Positions 1 to 12,268 of a stretch of DNA of 64,000 nucleotides are shown here, one piece after another. Both the position numbers and the translations under genes were made by a program. The stretch is taken from assembly GCA_021791275.1 (NCBI GenBank), contig JAJYWX010000001.1:1113-65112 (forward strand), in the 5' to 3' direction. This DNA comes from a bacterium (lineage in GTDB: Bacteria; Patescibacteriota; Dojkabacteria; JAKAPS01; JAJZLI01). Each line of letters starts with the position of its first letter. The stretch's first letter is position 1. The notes under the pieces were generated by a model. The model did no database searches. It saw only the letters and a list, made by a program, of their open reading frames with translations, and was not told the DNA's origin.

Positions 1-1050
1 AAGTCCTCCTAAAAGAAATCCTTTCGCTCTATTAATATCATCTTCATAAAACTTACCTTTTTTAAAATCATTCAAAAATCTTAACAAAGTCATTAAAGCC
101 TTTTCTATATTCTTCTCATCTATATTAGCTTTTATAGAGAAAAACCCATTATCTGAATACCTTATCAAATAAGAATATGCTGAATAAACTAGACCTAATT
201 CAAATCTTAAAAGTCTATTTATATATGAATATTCTCCAACCCCTATAATATAATTCATTACCATTAAAGGATAAAAATAATCATTATTAAATGGGAGTGA
301 TCTCATACTTAAAATAATATTTGACTCTTGTAAATTATTTTTATTTAATAAAAATATCCCCCCCTTATCATTCTTCAATTTAAATTCTTCCCTTTTATAA
401 TTAGAATTATTGTTTATTCCTCCAAAATACCTTTCTATCTCAGTATTGACATTATACTTTGATATATTACCTACAACAGAAATAGAAATCTTATCATTAG
501 AATAACACCTTGATATGAAACTTTTAAGTAGATTTCTATTAATATTCTCTAAATTATTTATATCATTATCAATATCACCTTCTAATGCTGTATCTTGATA
601 TATAAAACTTGAAAACTTCTCATCTAGATAGCGTGTATCCTTATAATGTTGCAATTCTTGTAGAATAACCCCTTTTTCTATGTTTATAAATTTTTCACTA
701 AAAGTAGAGTTTATAAACATATCTGATATTATATCTAAAGCACTGATAAAGTTCTCAAAAGGGACTTTAATGTAGTATATTGTGTATTCCATAGAGGTAA
801 TAGCATTAATATATCCTCCCATACTTTCAATATAGTAGCTAATTACCGAATTATCCTTTCTGCGTTTAGTCCCTGAAAACATGCTATGCTCAAGGAAATG
901 TGCAACACCAGATTCATTTTTTAATTCATCTCTATATCCAGCTCCAACAAAAATATTTATTGATATAAATTGAGAATTTTGAAGATTTGATGTAAAGACC
1001 TTAATTCCATTGTCTAATTTAAATGATTCAATTTTAAGATCTTCCGACAT
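1..1050 (-). CDS. M16 family (pitrilysin-like) zinc peptidase, 3' end outside the window
   Basis: Not in the ORF track. Translated by hand from ATG at 1050: MSEDLKIESFKLDNGIKV...ESGVAHFLEHSMFSGT (inverted HxxEH motif). Overlaps the efp stop by 17 nt. Confidence 0.88.
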   Translation of the reverse strand, partial: MSEDLKIESFKLDNGIKVFTSNLQNSQFISINIFVGAGYRDELKNESGVAHFLEHSMFSGTKRRKDNSVISYYIESMGGYINAITSMEYTIYYIKVPFENFISALDIISDMFINSTFSEKFINIEKGVILQELQHYKDTRYLDEKFSSFIYQDTALEGDIDNDINNLENINRNLLKSFISRCYSNDKISISVVGNISKYNVNTEIERYFGGINNNSNYKREEFKLKNDKGGIFLLNKNNLQESNIILSMRSLPFNNDYFYPLMVMNYIIGVGEYSYINRLLRFELGLVYSAYSYLIRYSDNGFFSIKANIDEKNIEKALMTLLRFLNDFKKGKFYEDDINRAKGFLLGGL

Positions 1051-1585
1051 ATTCATTAGTTTGTGTGTTTATTTTAACAGTATCTCCAATATTTATAAAC
1101 ATTGGTATCATAACTTCTAACCCTGTTTCCAATGTAGCTTTTTTTAAGGCATTATTTACAGTATTACCCTTTGTTGATCCTTCTGTATAATCTACTTTTA
1201 ATGAAACAATATTGGGTATTTCAACATCTATAGGTTTATCTTCAAGGTATGTAGTTATAACCTTATCTCCAGATTTTAGATATCTATTTTCCATAGCAAT
1301 ACTGAATTGAGTAAAACTATTAGAATCCATAAAATAACAATTATCTTGATCAGAATACAAGAACTGTGCTGAAGATTTTTTTACATCAACACTAGAAAAC
1401 TTATCATTAATATTATATCCCTTTTCTAATATCGCCCCACTAATTATATCTTTTACTTTTAGTTTTATTGTTGTTCCACCTCTTCCTTGAGTAACATGTT
1501 CATACTTTATAACTAAATACGTATCTTTTCCATCTTTATATACTACACCTGTTCTTAATTGTCCTGAGTTTAATGTTGCTGCCAT
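1034..1585 (-). CDS. efp: Elongation factor P
   Basis: QGRGG tip loop; C-terminal KKATLETGLEVMIPMFINIGDTVKINT...YVGR signature. Confidence 0.96.
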   Translation of the reverse strand: MAATLNSGQLRTGVVYKDGKDTYLVIKYEHVTQGRGGTTIKLKVKDIISGAILEKGYNINDKFSSVDVKKSSAQFLYSDQDNCYFMDSNSFTQFSIAMENRYLKSGDKVITTYLEDKPIDVEIPNIVSLKVDYTEGSTKGNTVNNALKKATLETGLEVMIPMFINIGDTVKINTQTNEYVGRS

Positions 1586-1611
1586 ATTTTATTTTTATTA
1601 AATATAAAGAT

Positions 1612-1695
1612 TACCGAGAGAGGGAATCGAACCCTCACGAGATAAATCTCGCAGGATTTTGAGTCCTGTGCGTCTACCTATTCCGCCATCTCGGC
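1612..1695 (-). tRNA. tRNA-Leu(CAA), CCA not encoded
   Basis: GCCGAGA/TCTCGGT acceptor, anticodon arm CAGGA-CTCAAAA-TCCTG, long variable arm, GGTTCGATTCC. Confidence 0.95.
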
Positions 1696-1711
1696 CTATT
1701 TATAAAAAATA

Positions 1712-3778
1712 TCAACTTCGTTTACTTGATATTTCTGTAACAATATTTGAAGGTACTATTTCATACTTTTTAAATTCCATAGTTGAAACAGCTCTTCCAG
1801 AAGACATAGATCTCAATTCTGTTGTAAATCCAAACATATTAGCTAAAGGTACTTCTACTTCTATAACCCTAGCATTACCTCTAAGTTCACTTCCAGACAT
1901 AATACCTCTTTTACTAGTCAAACTACCTGTTATACTCCCCATAAATTCTTCAGGAGTAACAACTTCTACTTTCATTATTGGCTCTAGCAATATAGGTGAA
2001 GCTAATTTCATTGCGTCTTTAAAAGCCATAGATGCAGCTATTTTAAAAGCCATTTCTGATGAATCAACTTCATGAAAGGATCCATCATATACTGTTGCAG
2101 AAATATCTACAACAGGATATCCTGCTATAATACCAGCATTCATAGTCTCAATGATACCCTTTTCTATTGCAGGTATATATTCTTGTGGTATAGCACCCCC
2201 CTTAATCTCATTTTTAAACTCAAAGCCATCTCCCCTATTTCTAGGTTCAATTCTTAAAAAACAGTGCCCATACTGACCTCTCCCACCAGATTGTTTAATA
2301 TATTTACCCTCAGCGCTTGCACTTTTTTGTATTGATTCCCTATACGCAACTTGTGGCTCCCCCACGTTAGCTTCTACAGAGAATTCTCTCCTCATTCTAT
2401 CTACTATAATATCAAGATGTAATTCTCCCATACCAGAAATTATCGTCTGTCCAGTTTCCAAATCTGTTTTCATTTGAAATGTCGGATCCTCTTCTGCTAA
2501 TTTATGTATAGCTAAAGACATTTTTTCTTGGTCTGCCTTGGTCTTTGGTTCTATTGCTATTGATACTACTGGCTCTGGAAATGTTATATTTTCAAGAAAT
2601 ACTTTATTATCTAAATCACATAAAGTATCTCCAGTCATTGTATCTTTTAATCCTACTAATGCGCCTATCTCTCCAGCAGCTAACTCATCTATCTCTTCTC
2701 TTTGATTTGCATGCATTAAAAGTATCCTAGAAACACGCTCTTCTTTACCTTTATTAGAATTATATATAAATGATCCCTTTTTAATTTTCCCAGAATAAAT
2801 TCTAAAAAAAGTCAATTTACCAACATGTGGGTCAGACATTATTTTAAATGCTAAAGCACAAAAACTAGAATCTTCTGAAATTTTAATTTTAATATCTTCT
2901 CCCTTATCATTAGTAGCATCTATATATTCACTTGCATCAATTGGAGATGGCAAAAACCTTATAATAGCATCTAATAAGAGTTGGAACCCCTTATTTTTTA
3001 ATGCACTTCCACCAAATACAGGAAATAATTTTCCTTGAATCACACCAGCTCTTATTCCTTTAAATAATTCTTCCTCAGTAGGCTCTTCTCCAGAAAGATA
3101 TTTTTCCATTAAAATATCATCGTTTTCTGAAGCTTTTTCAACTAATTTTGCCCTGTACTCTTCAACTTTATCTTTCATGTCAGCAGGAACTTCTTCGACT
3201 TTTATATCTGTTCCTAAATCATTGGTATATATATATGCCTTTCTTGATATTAAATCTATCAATCCTTTAAAGTTACTTTCTGATCCAATAGGTAATTGCA
3301 TAACAACTATATCAGCTCCTAATCTATCTACTATAGAATTGAATGACATATAAAAATCTGCACCTATACCGTCTAACTTATTGATAAAACAAATTCTTGG
3401 TACATTATATTTATCAGCTTGTCGCCAAACCGTTTCAGATTGTGGCTCTACTCCCATTTTTCCATCAAATACAACTACACCACCATCTAAAACTCTTAAA
3501 GATCTTTCTACTTCTGCAGTAAAATCTACATGTCCTGGAGTATCAATAATATTAATCCTATATTTTTCCCCATCTAATGTCCAAAATGTTGTTGTAGCTG
3601 CAGATGTTATAGTTATTCCTCTTTCTCTCTCCTGAGCCATCCAGTCCATTACAGCTTCTCCTTCATGGACTTCTCCAATCTTATAAGTTTTACCTGTATA
3701 ATAAAGTATTCTTTCTGTACTTGTAGTTTTTCCGGCATCAATATGAGCTATTATGCCTATGTTCCTTATCTTATCCAT
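1712..3778 (-). CDS. fusA: Elongation factor G
   Basis: [30 protein letters not shown] motifs; follows rpsG. Confidence 0.99.
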   Translation of the reverse strand: MDKIRNIGIIAHIDAGKTTSTERILYYTGKTYKIGEVHEGEAVMDWMAQERERGITITSAATTTFWTLDGEKYRINIIDTPGHVDFTAEVERSLRVLDGGVVVFDGKMGVEPQSETVWRQADKYNVPRICFINKLDGIGADFYMSFNSIVDRLGADIVVMQLPIGSESNFKGLIDLISRKAYIYTNDLGTDIKVEEVPADMKDKVEEYRAKLVEKASENDDILMEKYLSGEEPTEEELFKGIRAGVIQGKLFPVFGGSALKNKGFQLLLDAIIRFLPSPIDASEYIDATNDKGEDIKIKISEDSSFCALAFKIMSDPHVGKLTFFRIYSGKIKKGSFIYNSNKGKEERVSRILLMHANQREEIDELAAGEIGALVGLKDTMTGDTLCDLDNKVFLENITFPEPVVSIAIEPKTKADQEKMSLAIHKLAEEDPTFQMKTDLETGQTIISGMGELHLDIIVDRMRREFSVEANVGEPQVAYRESIQKSASAEGKYIKQSGGRGQYGHCFLRIEPRNRGDGFEFKNEIKGGAIPQEYIPAIEKGIIETMNAGIIAGYPVVDISATVYDGSFHEVDSSEMAFKIAASMAFKDAMKLASPILLEPIMKVEVVTPEEFMGSITGSLTSKRGIMSGSELRGNARVIEVEVPLANMFGFTTELRSMSSGRAVSTMEFKKYEIVPSNIVTEISSKRS

Positions 3779-3783
3779 AATTT

Positions 3784-4248
3784 TTATGCTAAATGAGAAA
3801 ATGCTTTATTTGATTCTGCCATCTTTTCTATATCTGTTTTTTTCTTAATAGCAGCACCTGTATTATTAAATGCATCAACGAATTCTCTAGTCAAACGATC
3901 TTCCATTGGCATACCCTTCTTATCCCTAGCAGCTGTTATAATCCATCTAATAGCCAAAGTTACTTGTCTATCAGGAGAAACAGGTACTGGGACCTGATAA
4001 TTTGCCCCACCTAACCTTCTAGACTTAACTTCCACGCTAGGAGATACATTATCAATCACTTTATCAAAAATATTTAATGGATTCTCTTTTAATTCGTTTG
4101 ATGATTTTTCTAATGCATTATAAACAATCTCCCTAGCTAGAGATTTTTTACCATCCTTCATTAATCTATTTATAAATTTTTCAACATTAATAGAAGAATA
4201 TTTAATATCTTGTGAAATTTTTCTTTTAATTGCTTTTTTCCCTCTCAT
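3784..4248 (-). CDS. rpsG: 30S ribosomal protein S7
   Basis: [15 protein letters not shown]; [10 protein letters not shown]. Confidence 0.98.
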   Translation of the reverse strand: MRGKKAIKRKISQDIKYSSINVEKFINRLMKDGKKSLAREIVYNALEKSSNELKENPLNIFDKVIDNVSPSVEVKSRRLGGANYQVPVPVSPDRQVTLAIRWIITAARDKKGMPMEDRLTREFVDAFNNTGAAIKKKTDIEKMAESNKAFSHLA

Positions 4249-4263
4249 ATATATCTAATTAAA

Positions 4264-4677
4264 TTATTTATTTCTTTTAGATCCATATCTAGACCTTGCT
4301 TTTTTTCTGCCTTCTACACCCCCAACATCATCATATACACCCCTGACTATGTGATATTTAGCTACAGGAACATCTGGAACTCTACCAGCTCTAACTAAAA
4401 CTACAGAATGCTCTTGTAATTTATGACCTTCCCCAGGGATATAAGCAGTTACTTCCATCCTGTTAGATAATCTTACCTTAGTAATCTTTCTTAAAGCAGA
4501 ATTAGGCTTTTTAGGTGTTGTAGTCCTAACTACAGTGCACACTCCCCTTTTAAAAGGAGAATTTACCTTAACATATTTATTTTTTAATGGGTTGTACTTC
4601 AATGTTAAAGCCCTGTATTTAACTTTTTTTACCTTTGATTTTCTAGGTTTTCTAACTAATTGTGAAATCCTTGACAT
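4264..4677 (-). CDS. rpsL: 30S ribosomal protein S12
   Basis: [12 protein letters not shown]; [14 protein letters not shown]. Confidence 0.98.
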   Translation of the reverse strand: MSRISQLVRKPRKSKVKKVKYRALTLKYNPLKNKYVKVNSPFKRGVCTVVRTTTPKKPNSALRKITKVRLSNRMEVTAYIPGEGHKLQEHSVVLVRAGRVPDVPVAKYHIVRGVYDDVGGVEGRKKARSRYGSKRNK

Positions 4678-4681
4678 AAAA

Positions 4682-7600
4682 CTATTTAATACTATTAACT
4701 AATCTTGCTCCCTCACCTGTGGGAATTTTACGTCCAATAATAACATTTTCCTTCAAACCTCGCAAGTAATCTATTTTACCAGATATTGCTGCATCAGAAA
4801 GTACTCTAATTTGTTCTTGGAAAGATACAGCAGATAAAAAGCTTTCAGTATGTAATGCTGCCCCTGTTATTCCTGATAATTTTCTTTCAAATACAATCGG
4901 CCTACCATTAAGATCTTTTATTCTTTTATTCTCTTCATTTATAAAAAATATATCTTTATAGGATCCAGGTAATATATCACTATCTCCAGGATCTGTTACC
5001 CTAACATATCTTCCCATTTGAGCTACTAATATTTCTACATGTTTATCATATATACTAATTCCTTGACCTTCATAGGTATCTAGTAAGTTATCAATAATAT
5101 ACTTCTGAGCTTCATGTATACCTACAGCATGAAGTAAAACATTAGGATCAATATTTCCCTTAGTTAAAAGTGTCCCAGCTTTAACCTTTTCTCCTTCAGT
5201 TACTAAAAGTGCTTCATCTGGAGAAAAAGTATATTCTACCTCTAAAACTTTACTACTTTCAACTGAAATCATACCTTCAGATACTTTTGCAATACCTTTA
5301 AATGGTGATACTATTTGAACTCCATTTTTATTTGTATAAAGTAAGGTTCCTGGTAAAACTTTCTTATCTGATTTAAATGCTAATACATCACCTTTTACTA
5401 AGATATAATCTTGTTTAATATTCTTATCAGATACTATTTTAACCTTAACATAAGAAGGTGCACTTTCTATTTTAACAATACCATCAATATCAGATATTTT
5501 TGCAACACCTTTTGGAATACGAGCTTCTAAGAGTTCTTCAATTCTAGGGTAACCTCTAGACATATCTACACTTCCCATAATTCCAGACAAATGCTTTGAA
5601 TTCAATGTCAATTGAGAACCTTTTTGCCCTAATGATTGTGCAGCTATAACACCCACAGCTTTACCTATTTTAACAAGAGAATTTTCACTCATATCATAAC
5701 CGTAACACATAGCACAAATTCCATATTGAGCTCCACAAGTCAATGGTGTTCTTACAAAAGCACTCTTAACTTTTGGATTTTTTTCTAATTCAGATGCTAT
5801 TTTTCTATCGATTATTGTATTTTTTGGATACAATATATTTCCATCTGAATCTAAAATATCATCAGATAGAGCTCTACCATATACCCTCATTGAAAATTTC
5901 AACTTTCTGTCATCAGATTTACTTATCTCATAACCTCTGCCAAAATTATTACAATCATCTTCCCTTATTATTACATCATGAGATACATCTACCATCCTTC
6001 TTGTTAAATAACCTGAATCTGAAGTTCTAAGTGCTACATCAGCAAGTCCTTTTCTAGAAGATCTAGCTTCTACTAAATATTCAAATACAGTTAATCCATT
6101 AATATAACTTGATTTAATTGGCAACTCTACAATGTTTGAATTTGGATCAACAACTAATCCTTTCATTCCAATAATCTGTTTCAATTGATCAATATTAGCT
6201 CCCATGAATTTATTTTCAACAATAGTTCTTAATAAATTATCCTCTTTCAAATTTTTTAAAGATAAATCAGCTATCTTATCTGTAACACCTTTCCATATAT
6301 CCGTTGACAATTGAATTTTTTCTCTTTTTGTTATTAATCCTTCCTTGAAACTGCTTGCAATTTTGCTTATCTTTTCATCTGCATCAGATATAATACTTTC
6401 TTTCTCTGGAAAAGTATCACAATCTTCTATTGCTATAGAGAAATCTGATTTTAAGGCATATTTAAAGCCTAATTTCTTCAAATCATCTAACATAACCAAT
6501 GCCTCTTTTTTACCTATTATATCTACAGAATTAACAACAATATCAGTAATCAAAGAGTCATTAATTGGTTCATTAATAAAACTTTTAGTACTATTATGTA
6601 AAAAATTATTAAATATCACCCTACCAGGAGTTGTTTCTATAAATTCTCCATCAATTCTTACCTTAACAAGTTCTCTTAAAGAAACTACCCCCTTATTATG
6701 AGCTGACAATAAATCTTCCTTTGATCCAAAAATTAAATCTTTATTTTCCTTTTCAACTGAAGTTAAGTAATAACAACCATAAACCATATCTTGTTTTAAT
6801 GTTACAATAGGGCTTCCATCAGATGCCAAGAATAAATTACTGTCTGCCATAGTTAAATCTTTAACCTCTTGTATGGCTTCTTCTGACAAAGGTAAATGTA
6901 CAGTCATTGCATCTCCATCAAAATCTGCATTAAATCCAGGACAAACTAAAGGATGAAGTTTTATAGCATCTCCTTCAATTAAAATAGGATAAAACCCTTG
7001 AATTCCTTGTTTATGTAAAGTTGGAGCCCTATTTAGTAATACAGGTCTATCTTTAATAACATCTTCAAGTATATCCCAAACCTCTGGTTCCTCACTTTCA
7101 AAAAAGATTTTTGCACTCTTTATATTCGGAGATAATCCTCTATATAATATTTCCCTTATAACAAAAGGTTTAAAAAGCTCTAAAGCCATCTTCTTAGGTA
7201 AACCACATTGATTTAATAATAGTTCTGGCCCACTTGTAATAACAGCCCTACCAGAATAATCTACTCTCTTTCCTAGTAAATTTTCTCTAAATCTTCCGTG
7301 TTTTCCTCTTATATTGTCAGATAAAGATTTATATGGAATTCTTCTAGAGTTTACTACAGGTGGAGAGGCTCTATGCTGATTATCAAATAAAGCATCCACA
7401 CTCTCCTGTAACATTCTCTTTTCATTTCTTAATATTACTTCTGGAGCACCCAAATCAATTAACTTCTTTAACCTATTATTCCTATTTATTACCCTTCTAT
7501 ATAAGTCATTTAAGTCAGATGTAGCAAATTTTCCTCCTGATAATTGAATTATAGGTCTTAAATCTGGAGGTATAACAGGAATAACATCTAAAACCATCCA

Positions 7601-8557
7601 TTCTGGTTTCATATTATTTTTTCTTAAACCTTCTATAATCTTTAACCTTTGAATAGCTCTAACTCTTTTTTGTGCTGACTTAGCATTAATATCTTTATAT
7701 AAAGTATTCGATAATTCTTCCAAATTAAGTTTAGATAATAATGTTCTTATAGCCTCAGACCCCATTCCTAATTCATAAAATTCCAAATCATTATCTAATA
7801 AATCCCCATATTGCTCTTCTGAAATCACTTCCCCTATTGAGATATTCTTTACTAATTCTAATAATTCTTCGTTTTTATTTAATATATCTTCAAAAACACT
7901 AGCTTCTTCTTCTCTCAATCTTGCAATATTTTGCCTATATTTAAATGCTTCTTTTTCAACCTGTAAATCTATCGATTCATCATCCATTCCCTTTTTCTTA
8001 AGCTCTTTTTTCAATTTAGCAATTTCTTCCTCTTGACTTTTATTTATTTCTGCAACTTTATCATCAACACTTTTTGCATATTCAGCCTTATCATTATCAA
8101 TCTTATTTTTAACATAATTAATTGCATCATTCTTCTTATTTTCATCAACAGAAAGAACAATATATCTAGAGAAATATATTACAGAGACAATCTTTTTTTG
8201 AGGTATGTCTAGAAGCAATGCTAATTTATTAGGAACCTCATGGACAAACCATACATGTGTTATAGGTGATGCCAATTTAATGTGTCCTAATCTTTCCCTC
8301 CTAACATTCCTAGTTGTAACTTCAACACCACATTTATCACAAACAATACCTTTATACCTAATCTTTTTATATTTACCACAGTAACATTCATAATTTTTTG
8401 TTGGGCCAAAGATTCTTTCACACATTAACCCTCCAACCTCAGCTCTTTGAGTTCTATAATTAATTGTTTCTGCTTTTTTAACTTCTCCATGAGACCATTC
8501 CAATATCTGACTCGGAGAAGCTAATGTAATTTTTAATGCTTTAAAATCTTTTAACAT
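4682..8557 (-). CDS. rpoC: RNA polymerase beta' subunit
   Basis: Zn finger CYCGKY..CDKC, NADFDGD catalytic motif, GKRVDYSGR; N-terminal coiled-coil insertion. Confidence 0.99.
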   Translation of the reverse strand: MLKDFKALKITLASPSQILEWSHGEVKKAETINYRTQRAEVGGLMCERIFGPTKNYECYCGKYKKIRYKGIVCDKCGVEVTTRNVRRERLGHIKLASPITHVWFVHEVPNKLALLLDIPQKKIVSVIYFSRYIVLSVDENKKNDAINYVKNKIDNDKAEYAKSVDDKVAEINKSQEEEIAKLKKELKKKGMDDESIDLQVEKEAFKYRQNIARLREEEASVFEDILNKNEELLELVKNISIGEVISEEQYGDLLDNDLEFYELGMGSEAIRTLLSKLNLEELSNTLYKDINAKSAQKRVRAIQRLKIIEGLRKNNMKPEWMVLDVIPVIPPDLRPIIQLSGGKFATSDLNDLYRRVINRNNRLKKLIDLGAPEVILRNEKRMLQESVDALFDNQHRASPPVVNSRRIPYKSLSDNIRGKHGRFRENLLGKRVDYSGRAVITSGPELLLNQCGLPKKMALELFKPFVIREILYRGLSPNIKSAKIFFESEEPEVWDILEDVIKDRPVLLNRAPTLHKQGIQGFYPILIEGDAIKLHPLVCPGFNADFDGDAMTVHLPLSEEAIQEVKDLTMADSNLFLASDGSPIVTLKQDMVYGCYYLTSVEKENKDLIFGSKEDLLSAHNKGVVSLRELVKVRIDGEFIETTPGRVIFNNFLHNSTKSFINEPINDSLITDIVVNSVDIIGKKEALVMLDDLKKLGFKYALKSDFSIAIEDCDTFPEKESIISDADEKISKIASSFKEGLITKREKIQLSTDIWKGVTDKIADLSLKNLKEDNLLRTIVENKFMGANIDQLKQIIGMKGLVVDPNSNIVELPIKSSYINGLTVFEYLVEARSSRKGLADVALRTSDSGYLTRRMVDVSHDVIIREDDCNNFGRGYEISKSDDRKLKFSMRVYGRALSDDILDSDGNILYPKNTIIDRKIASELEKNPKVKSAFVRTPLTCGAQYGICAMCYGYDMSENSLVKIGKAVGVIAAQSLGQKGSQLTLNSKHLSGIMGSVDMSRGYPRIEELLEARIPKGVAKISDIDGIVKIESAPSYVKVKIVSDKNIKQDYILVKGDVLAFKSDKKVLPGTLLYTNKNGVQIVSPFKGIAKVSEGMISVESSKVLEVEYTFSPDEALLVTEGEKVKAGTLLTKGNIDPNVLLHAVGIHEAQKYIIDNLLDTYEGQGISIYDKHVEILVAQMGRYVRVTDPGDSDILPGSYKDIFFINEENKRIKDLNGRPIVFERKLSGITGAALHTESFLSAVSFQEQIRVLSDAAISGKIDYLRGLKENVIIGRKIPTGEGARLVNSIK

Positions 8558-8578
8558 CTTAATATATAAATAAATTAA

Positions 8579-11500
8579 TTAATTTTCTTCAACAATTTCC
8601 TCAACTGAAGCTGGATCTGCTTCAACTAATGTATCAACCATTACTGAATCTTCTTCATTGTTTTTAATTACCTCAACTACTTCTTCATTTAATGAAACAT
8701 CTTCAGGCATTTCACTATCTGAAAAACCACTATCTACAACAACATCTATTGGTTCTATATTTAGACATAGTGATTTTAACTCAGATAGAAGAACTTTAAA
8801 TGATTCAGGTATACCAACCATCTGTATTTTTTTGTTATGGATAATTGATTTATAGGCCTCAGATCTCCCTATAATGTCATCTGATTTAATTGATAACATT
8901 TCTTGTAGAGTATATGCAGCTCCATAAGCTTCTAAAGCCCATACTTCCATTTCACCAAAACGCATACCTCCCATATTAGATTTACCCCCAAGTGGTTGTT
9001 GATTCACAACTGTATAATTTCCAGTTGACCTTGCGTGTACTTTAGTATCTGCAAGGTGATCTAATACAAGTATATATCTTTTACCTACAGCAATTGTATT
9101 TTTAAATTTCTCACCATCTCTTCCATCCGACAAGATTAATTTATCCTTAATCTCTTTTATTTTAGCCTCTTTCATTAAATCTGAAACTTTATCTTGATTA
9201 ATTTGAGAAAATATAGGGAATGCAAACTTTGCATTAAGCTTCTCTGCTAATTTACTATAATGTATCTCATGTAATTGCCCGAAATTTAATCTTTTTGTTA
9301 TACTTGATGGAGAAATTATTATATCTAACGGAGTCCCATCTTCCATATAAGGCATATCTTCAACTGGAAGTACTTTTGATATAACACCTTTATCCCCAAA
9401 TCTTCCTGATAATTTATCTCCTAATCCAATTTTATGTGTTCTTGCAACCCAAACCTTAATTTGTTTTATCACTCCAGGAGAAAGTTTATTAGTTTCATCT
9501 TCTCTATCTAATATTTCTATATCTGTAACTACACCGGACTCTCCATTTGGAACCCTTAAAGATCCATCTCTTACATCTCTTGCACTATCTCCAAAGATTG
9601 ACCTTAGTAATTTTTCTTCAGCAGTAAGCTCTACCTCACCCTTAGGTGCAACTATACCAACTAATATACTTCCTGATTCTACATAAGCACCAACACGTAC
9701 TATTCCGTTCTCGTCCAAATCTTTCAACGAAGACAATGAGACATTAGGAATATCTCTAGTAGTCTCTTCTTTCCCTAGGCGAGTATCTTTAATATCATGT
9801 GTATAACACTTAACATGAACTGAAGTTAATATATCCTCTTTAACTAATCTTTCCGATATAACTATACCATCTTCATAATTATAACCTTCAAACATCATAT
9901 ATCCGACCAAAAGATTTTTCCCCAGGGCTAATTCACCCTTATCCATACTTGGACCATCTACCAATACATCATCCTTCTTGAATTTTTCACCTTTTTTAAC
10001 AATAACTTTCTGAGAAAAAGAAGTTAATTTATTAGTTGGGATAAATTTATCTGCAAAATAGGTCTTTTCTTCCCCATTATTATATTTAACAACAACCTTT
10101 TTTGAATCGGAATATATTACATGTCCATCATCTTCAGCAAAATATGCCCTTTTAGAATTCCTTGCAATCACACTTTCAACACCGGTTCCAATAATAGGAG
10201 ATTCTGGCCTAACAAGAGGAACTGCTTGCTTCTGCATATTTGAACCCATCAATGTTCTATCTGCCTTATTACCAGCAGCAAAAGGAATAAGATTAAGGGA
10301 AACTCCCCCTATCTGAGTAGTAGATATTTCCATATACTCTATAGACTCTATAGTACCTAAAGAATAATCTCCATTAGACCTTATTTCTAGAATTGAATCT
10401 AATATATTACCATAGGGATCTATTTTTGCACTCAAACTTCCTATAGATAGATTGAATTCTTTATCTGCATCAAAATATTCTATCTCCCCAGAAAGATAAG
10501 CTCTTACAGGAATGTCCTTTAGCTTGGATTCCTTTATTAGTTTTGATAATTGATCATCTATACTTGTCCCCGATTTATATACTTTACCATTTAATTTTAA
10601 ATCCTTACTCAAGATTCTGTTCTTCAATCTATTAGAATCAAAAGATACTGTTCTTAAAATTTTCTCATAGGGAGTTTCTATAAAACCATATTCGTTTATT
10701 TTTGCAAAAATACTCAGATGATTTACAATACCAATATGAGGGCCTTCTGGTGTCTCAACCGGACACAATCTTGAATATTGAGAATAGTGCATATCTCTAA
10801 CAGAGAATGTTGCACTTTCCTTAGTTAACCCTCCAGGACCACCTGCTGTAACTCTTCTCTTATTACTAATTTCACTGAGGATATTAGCCTGATCCATTGA
10901 CACTGAAACCGCACTACTTCCAAAAAAATCGTTTATTACAGAAACAAATGGTTTAGTACTAACCAACATTGATGGAGTTAAAACTTCATCCGCTGACATG
11001 ATACTCATTCTATCTTTTATTATTTTCTCAACTCTTCTAACACCGACTCTTACATAATCAGATAACAATTCGCCAACACTTTTAACTCTTCTATTACTTA
11101 AAGAGTCTACATCATCGGGAAGAACAGCACCATTATTTACCTCTATCAATCTTCTCACTATAGAAACTACATCTTCCTTCAACAAGATATAATTTTCTTC
11201 TTTTAAAGGAATATCTAATCCAAACTTTTTATTCAATTTATATCTTCCAGTTTTTCCCAAATATAACTTTCTTGGATTAAAAAATATACTATTTATGTAA
11301 GCTAAAGCATTTTCATAATTTACAGATATATCTGGTCTAATTTTTTTATAAATTTCTAAAACAGCTTCAGTATGATTATGAGTTGGATCTTTTACTAAAG
11401 TTGCATCAATATATCTTCTCTCTTGGTTTGTATCTACATCTGAGAATAAATTCAATATTTCAGAATTTGTAGAAAAGCCAAGAGCTCTAAGTAATGTAGT

Positions 11501-12070
11501 TATAAGTATTTTATTTTTTCTTGGAGCAAATTTCAAAGAAATAACATTATGTTTATTTAAATCAAATGTGATCCATGGACCTATTGTTGGAATTAGTTTT
11601 GCTGCATATAAACTCTGCTTATTGAATGACTGACCACTTTCAACAAAAAGAACTCCCTCAGACCTAACTATTTGGTGTATTACTACCCTTTCATGTCCAT
11701 TAATAATAAAACTCCCAGAATCTGTCATAACAGGAAGTTCTACAACAAATAGCTCCTGTTCTTTCACCTCTCCAGTAACTTTATTAGTTAACCTAACATT
11801 AAAATACAGAGGCCTATCATAACTCAATCCTTTCCTTATAGCTTCCTTTGCAGATCTATTAATATCACCAAATCTATAGTCTAAGAATTCCAACCTCCAC
11901 AATTTGTCTGTATTGTCATTGACTGGATTTATTTCATCAAAAAGACTTTTTATATTTTCATTAAGAAATGCGTTATATGAATCGGTCTGAGCTTCTATTA
12001 AATCTGGATAATCAAAATGTATTTTATTTTCAGTAAAATTAGTTGAAAGATTTATTCTATCATTGCGCAT
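8579..12070 (-). CDS. rpoB: RNA polymerase beta subunit
   Basis: CPVETPEG, GYNYED, RFGEMEVWALEAYGAA. Confidence 0.99.
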   Translation of the reverse strand: MRNDRINLSTNFTENKIHFDYPDLIEAQTDSYNAFLNENIKSLFDEINPVNDNTDKLWRLEFLDYRFGDINRSAKEAIRKGLSYDRPLYFNVRLTNKVTGEVKEQELFVVELPVMTDSGSFIINGHERVVIHQIVRSEGVLFVESGQSFNKQSLYAAKLIPTIGPWITFDLNKHNVISLKFAPRKNKILITTLLRALGFSTNSEILNLFSDVDTNQERRYIDATLVKDPTHNHTEAVLEIYKKIRPDISVNYENALAYINSIFFNPRKLYLGKTGRYKLNKKFGLDIPLKEENYILLKEDVVSIVRRLIEVNNGAVLPDDVDSLSNRRVKSVGELLSDYVRVGVRRVEKIIKDRMSIMSADEVLTPSMLVSTKPFVSVINDFFGSSAVSVSMDQANILSEISNKRRVTAGGPGGLTKESATFSVRDMHYSQYSRLCPVETPEGPHIGIVNHLSIFAKINEYGFIETPYEKILRTVSFDSNRLKNRILSKDLKLNGKVYKSGTSIDDQLSKLIKESKLKDIPVRAYLSGEIEYFDADKEFNLSIGSLSAKIDPYGNILDSILEIRSNGDYSLGTIESIEYMEISTTQIGGVSLNLIPFAAGNKADRTLMGSNMQKQAVPLVRPESPIIGTGVESVIARNSKRAYFAEDDGHVIYSDSKKVVVKYNNGEEKTYFADKFIPTNKLTSFSQKVIVKKGEKFKKDDVLVDGPSMDKGELALGKNLLVGYMMFEGYNYEDGIVISERLVKEDILTSVHVKCYTHDIKDTRLGKEETTRDIPNVSLSSLKDLDENGIVRVGAYVESGSILVGIVAPKGEVELTAEEKLLRSIFGDSARDVRDGSLRVPNGESGVVTDIEILDREDETNKLSPGVIKQIKVWVARTHKIGLGDKLSGRFGDKGVISKVLPVEDMPYMEDGTPLDIIISPSSITKRLNFGQLHEIHYSKLAEKLNAKFAFPIFSQINQDKVSDLMKEAKIKEIKDKLILSDGRDGEKFKNTIAVGKRYILVLDHLADTKVHARSTGNYTVVNQQPLGGKSNMGGMRFGEMEVWALEAYGAAYTLQEMLSIKSDDIIGRSEAYKSIIHNKKIQMVGIPESFKVLLSELKSLCLNIEPIDVVVDSGFSDSEMPEDVSLNEEVVEVIKNNEEDSVMVDTLVEADPASVEEIVEEN

Positions 12071-12180
12071 AATAAATTTTTATAAACAAAAAAAATTAAC
12101 CCACCTAAGAGCCTTAAATTAACCTAAATAACGAAAAATACAAATTTATACATTAAAACAATAAAAAATACACGCTAATT

Positions 12181-12209
12181 ATTCTAGCATTTAGACACAA
12201 AATTGTCAA
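12181..12209 (-). promoter_or_regulatory. sigma70-type promoter of rpoB-rpoC-rpsL-rpsG-fusA
   Basis: TTGACA (12209-12204), 17-nt spacer ending TGC, TAGAAT (12186-12181). Confidence 0.8.
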
Positions 12210-12268
12210 ACACGAATTAATGTCAACAATCTAATTCATATACTAGCACATCACTATTAAGATTTCAA

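Noticed and set aside
12085-12125. Attenuator in the rpoB leader (weak stem followed by a U tract)
   Set aside because: The stem relies on A-U and G.U pairs only, too weak to support in such an AT-rich background.
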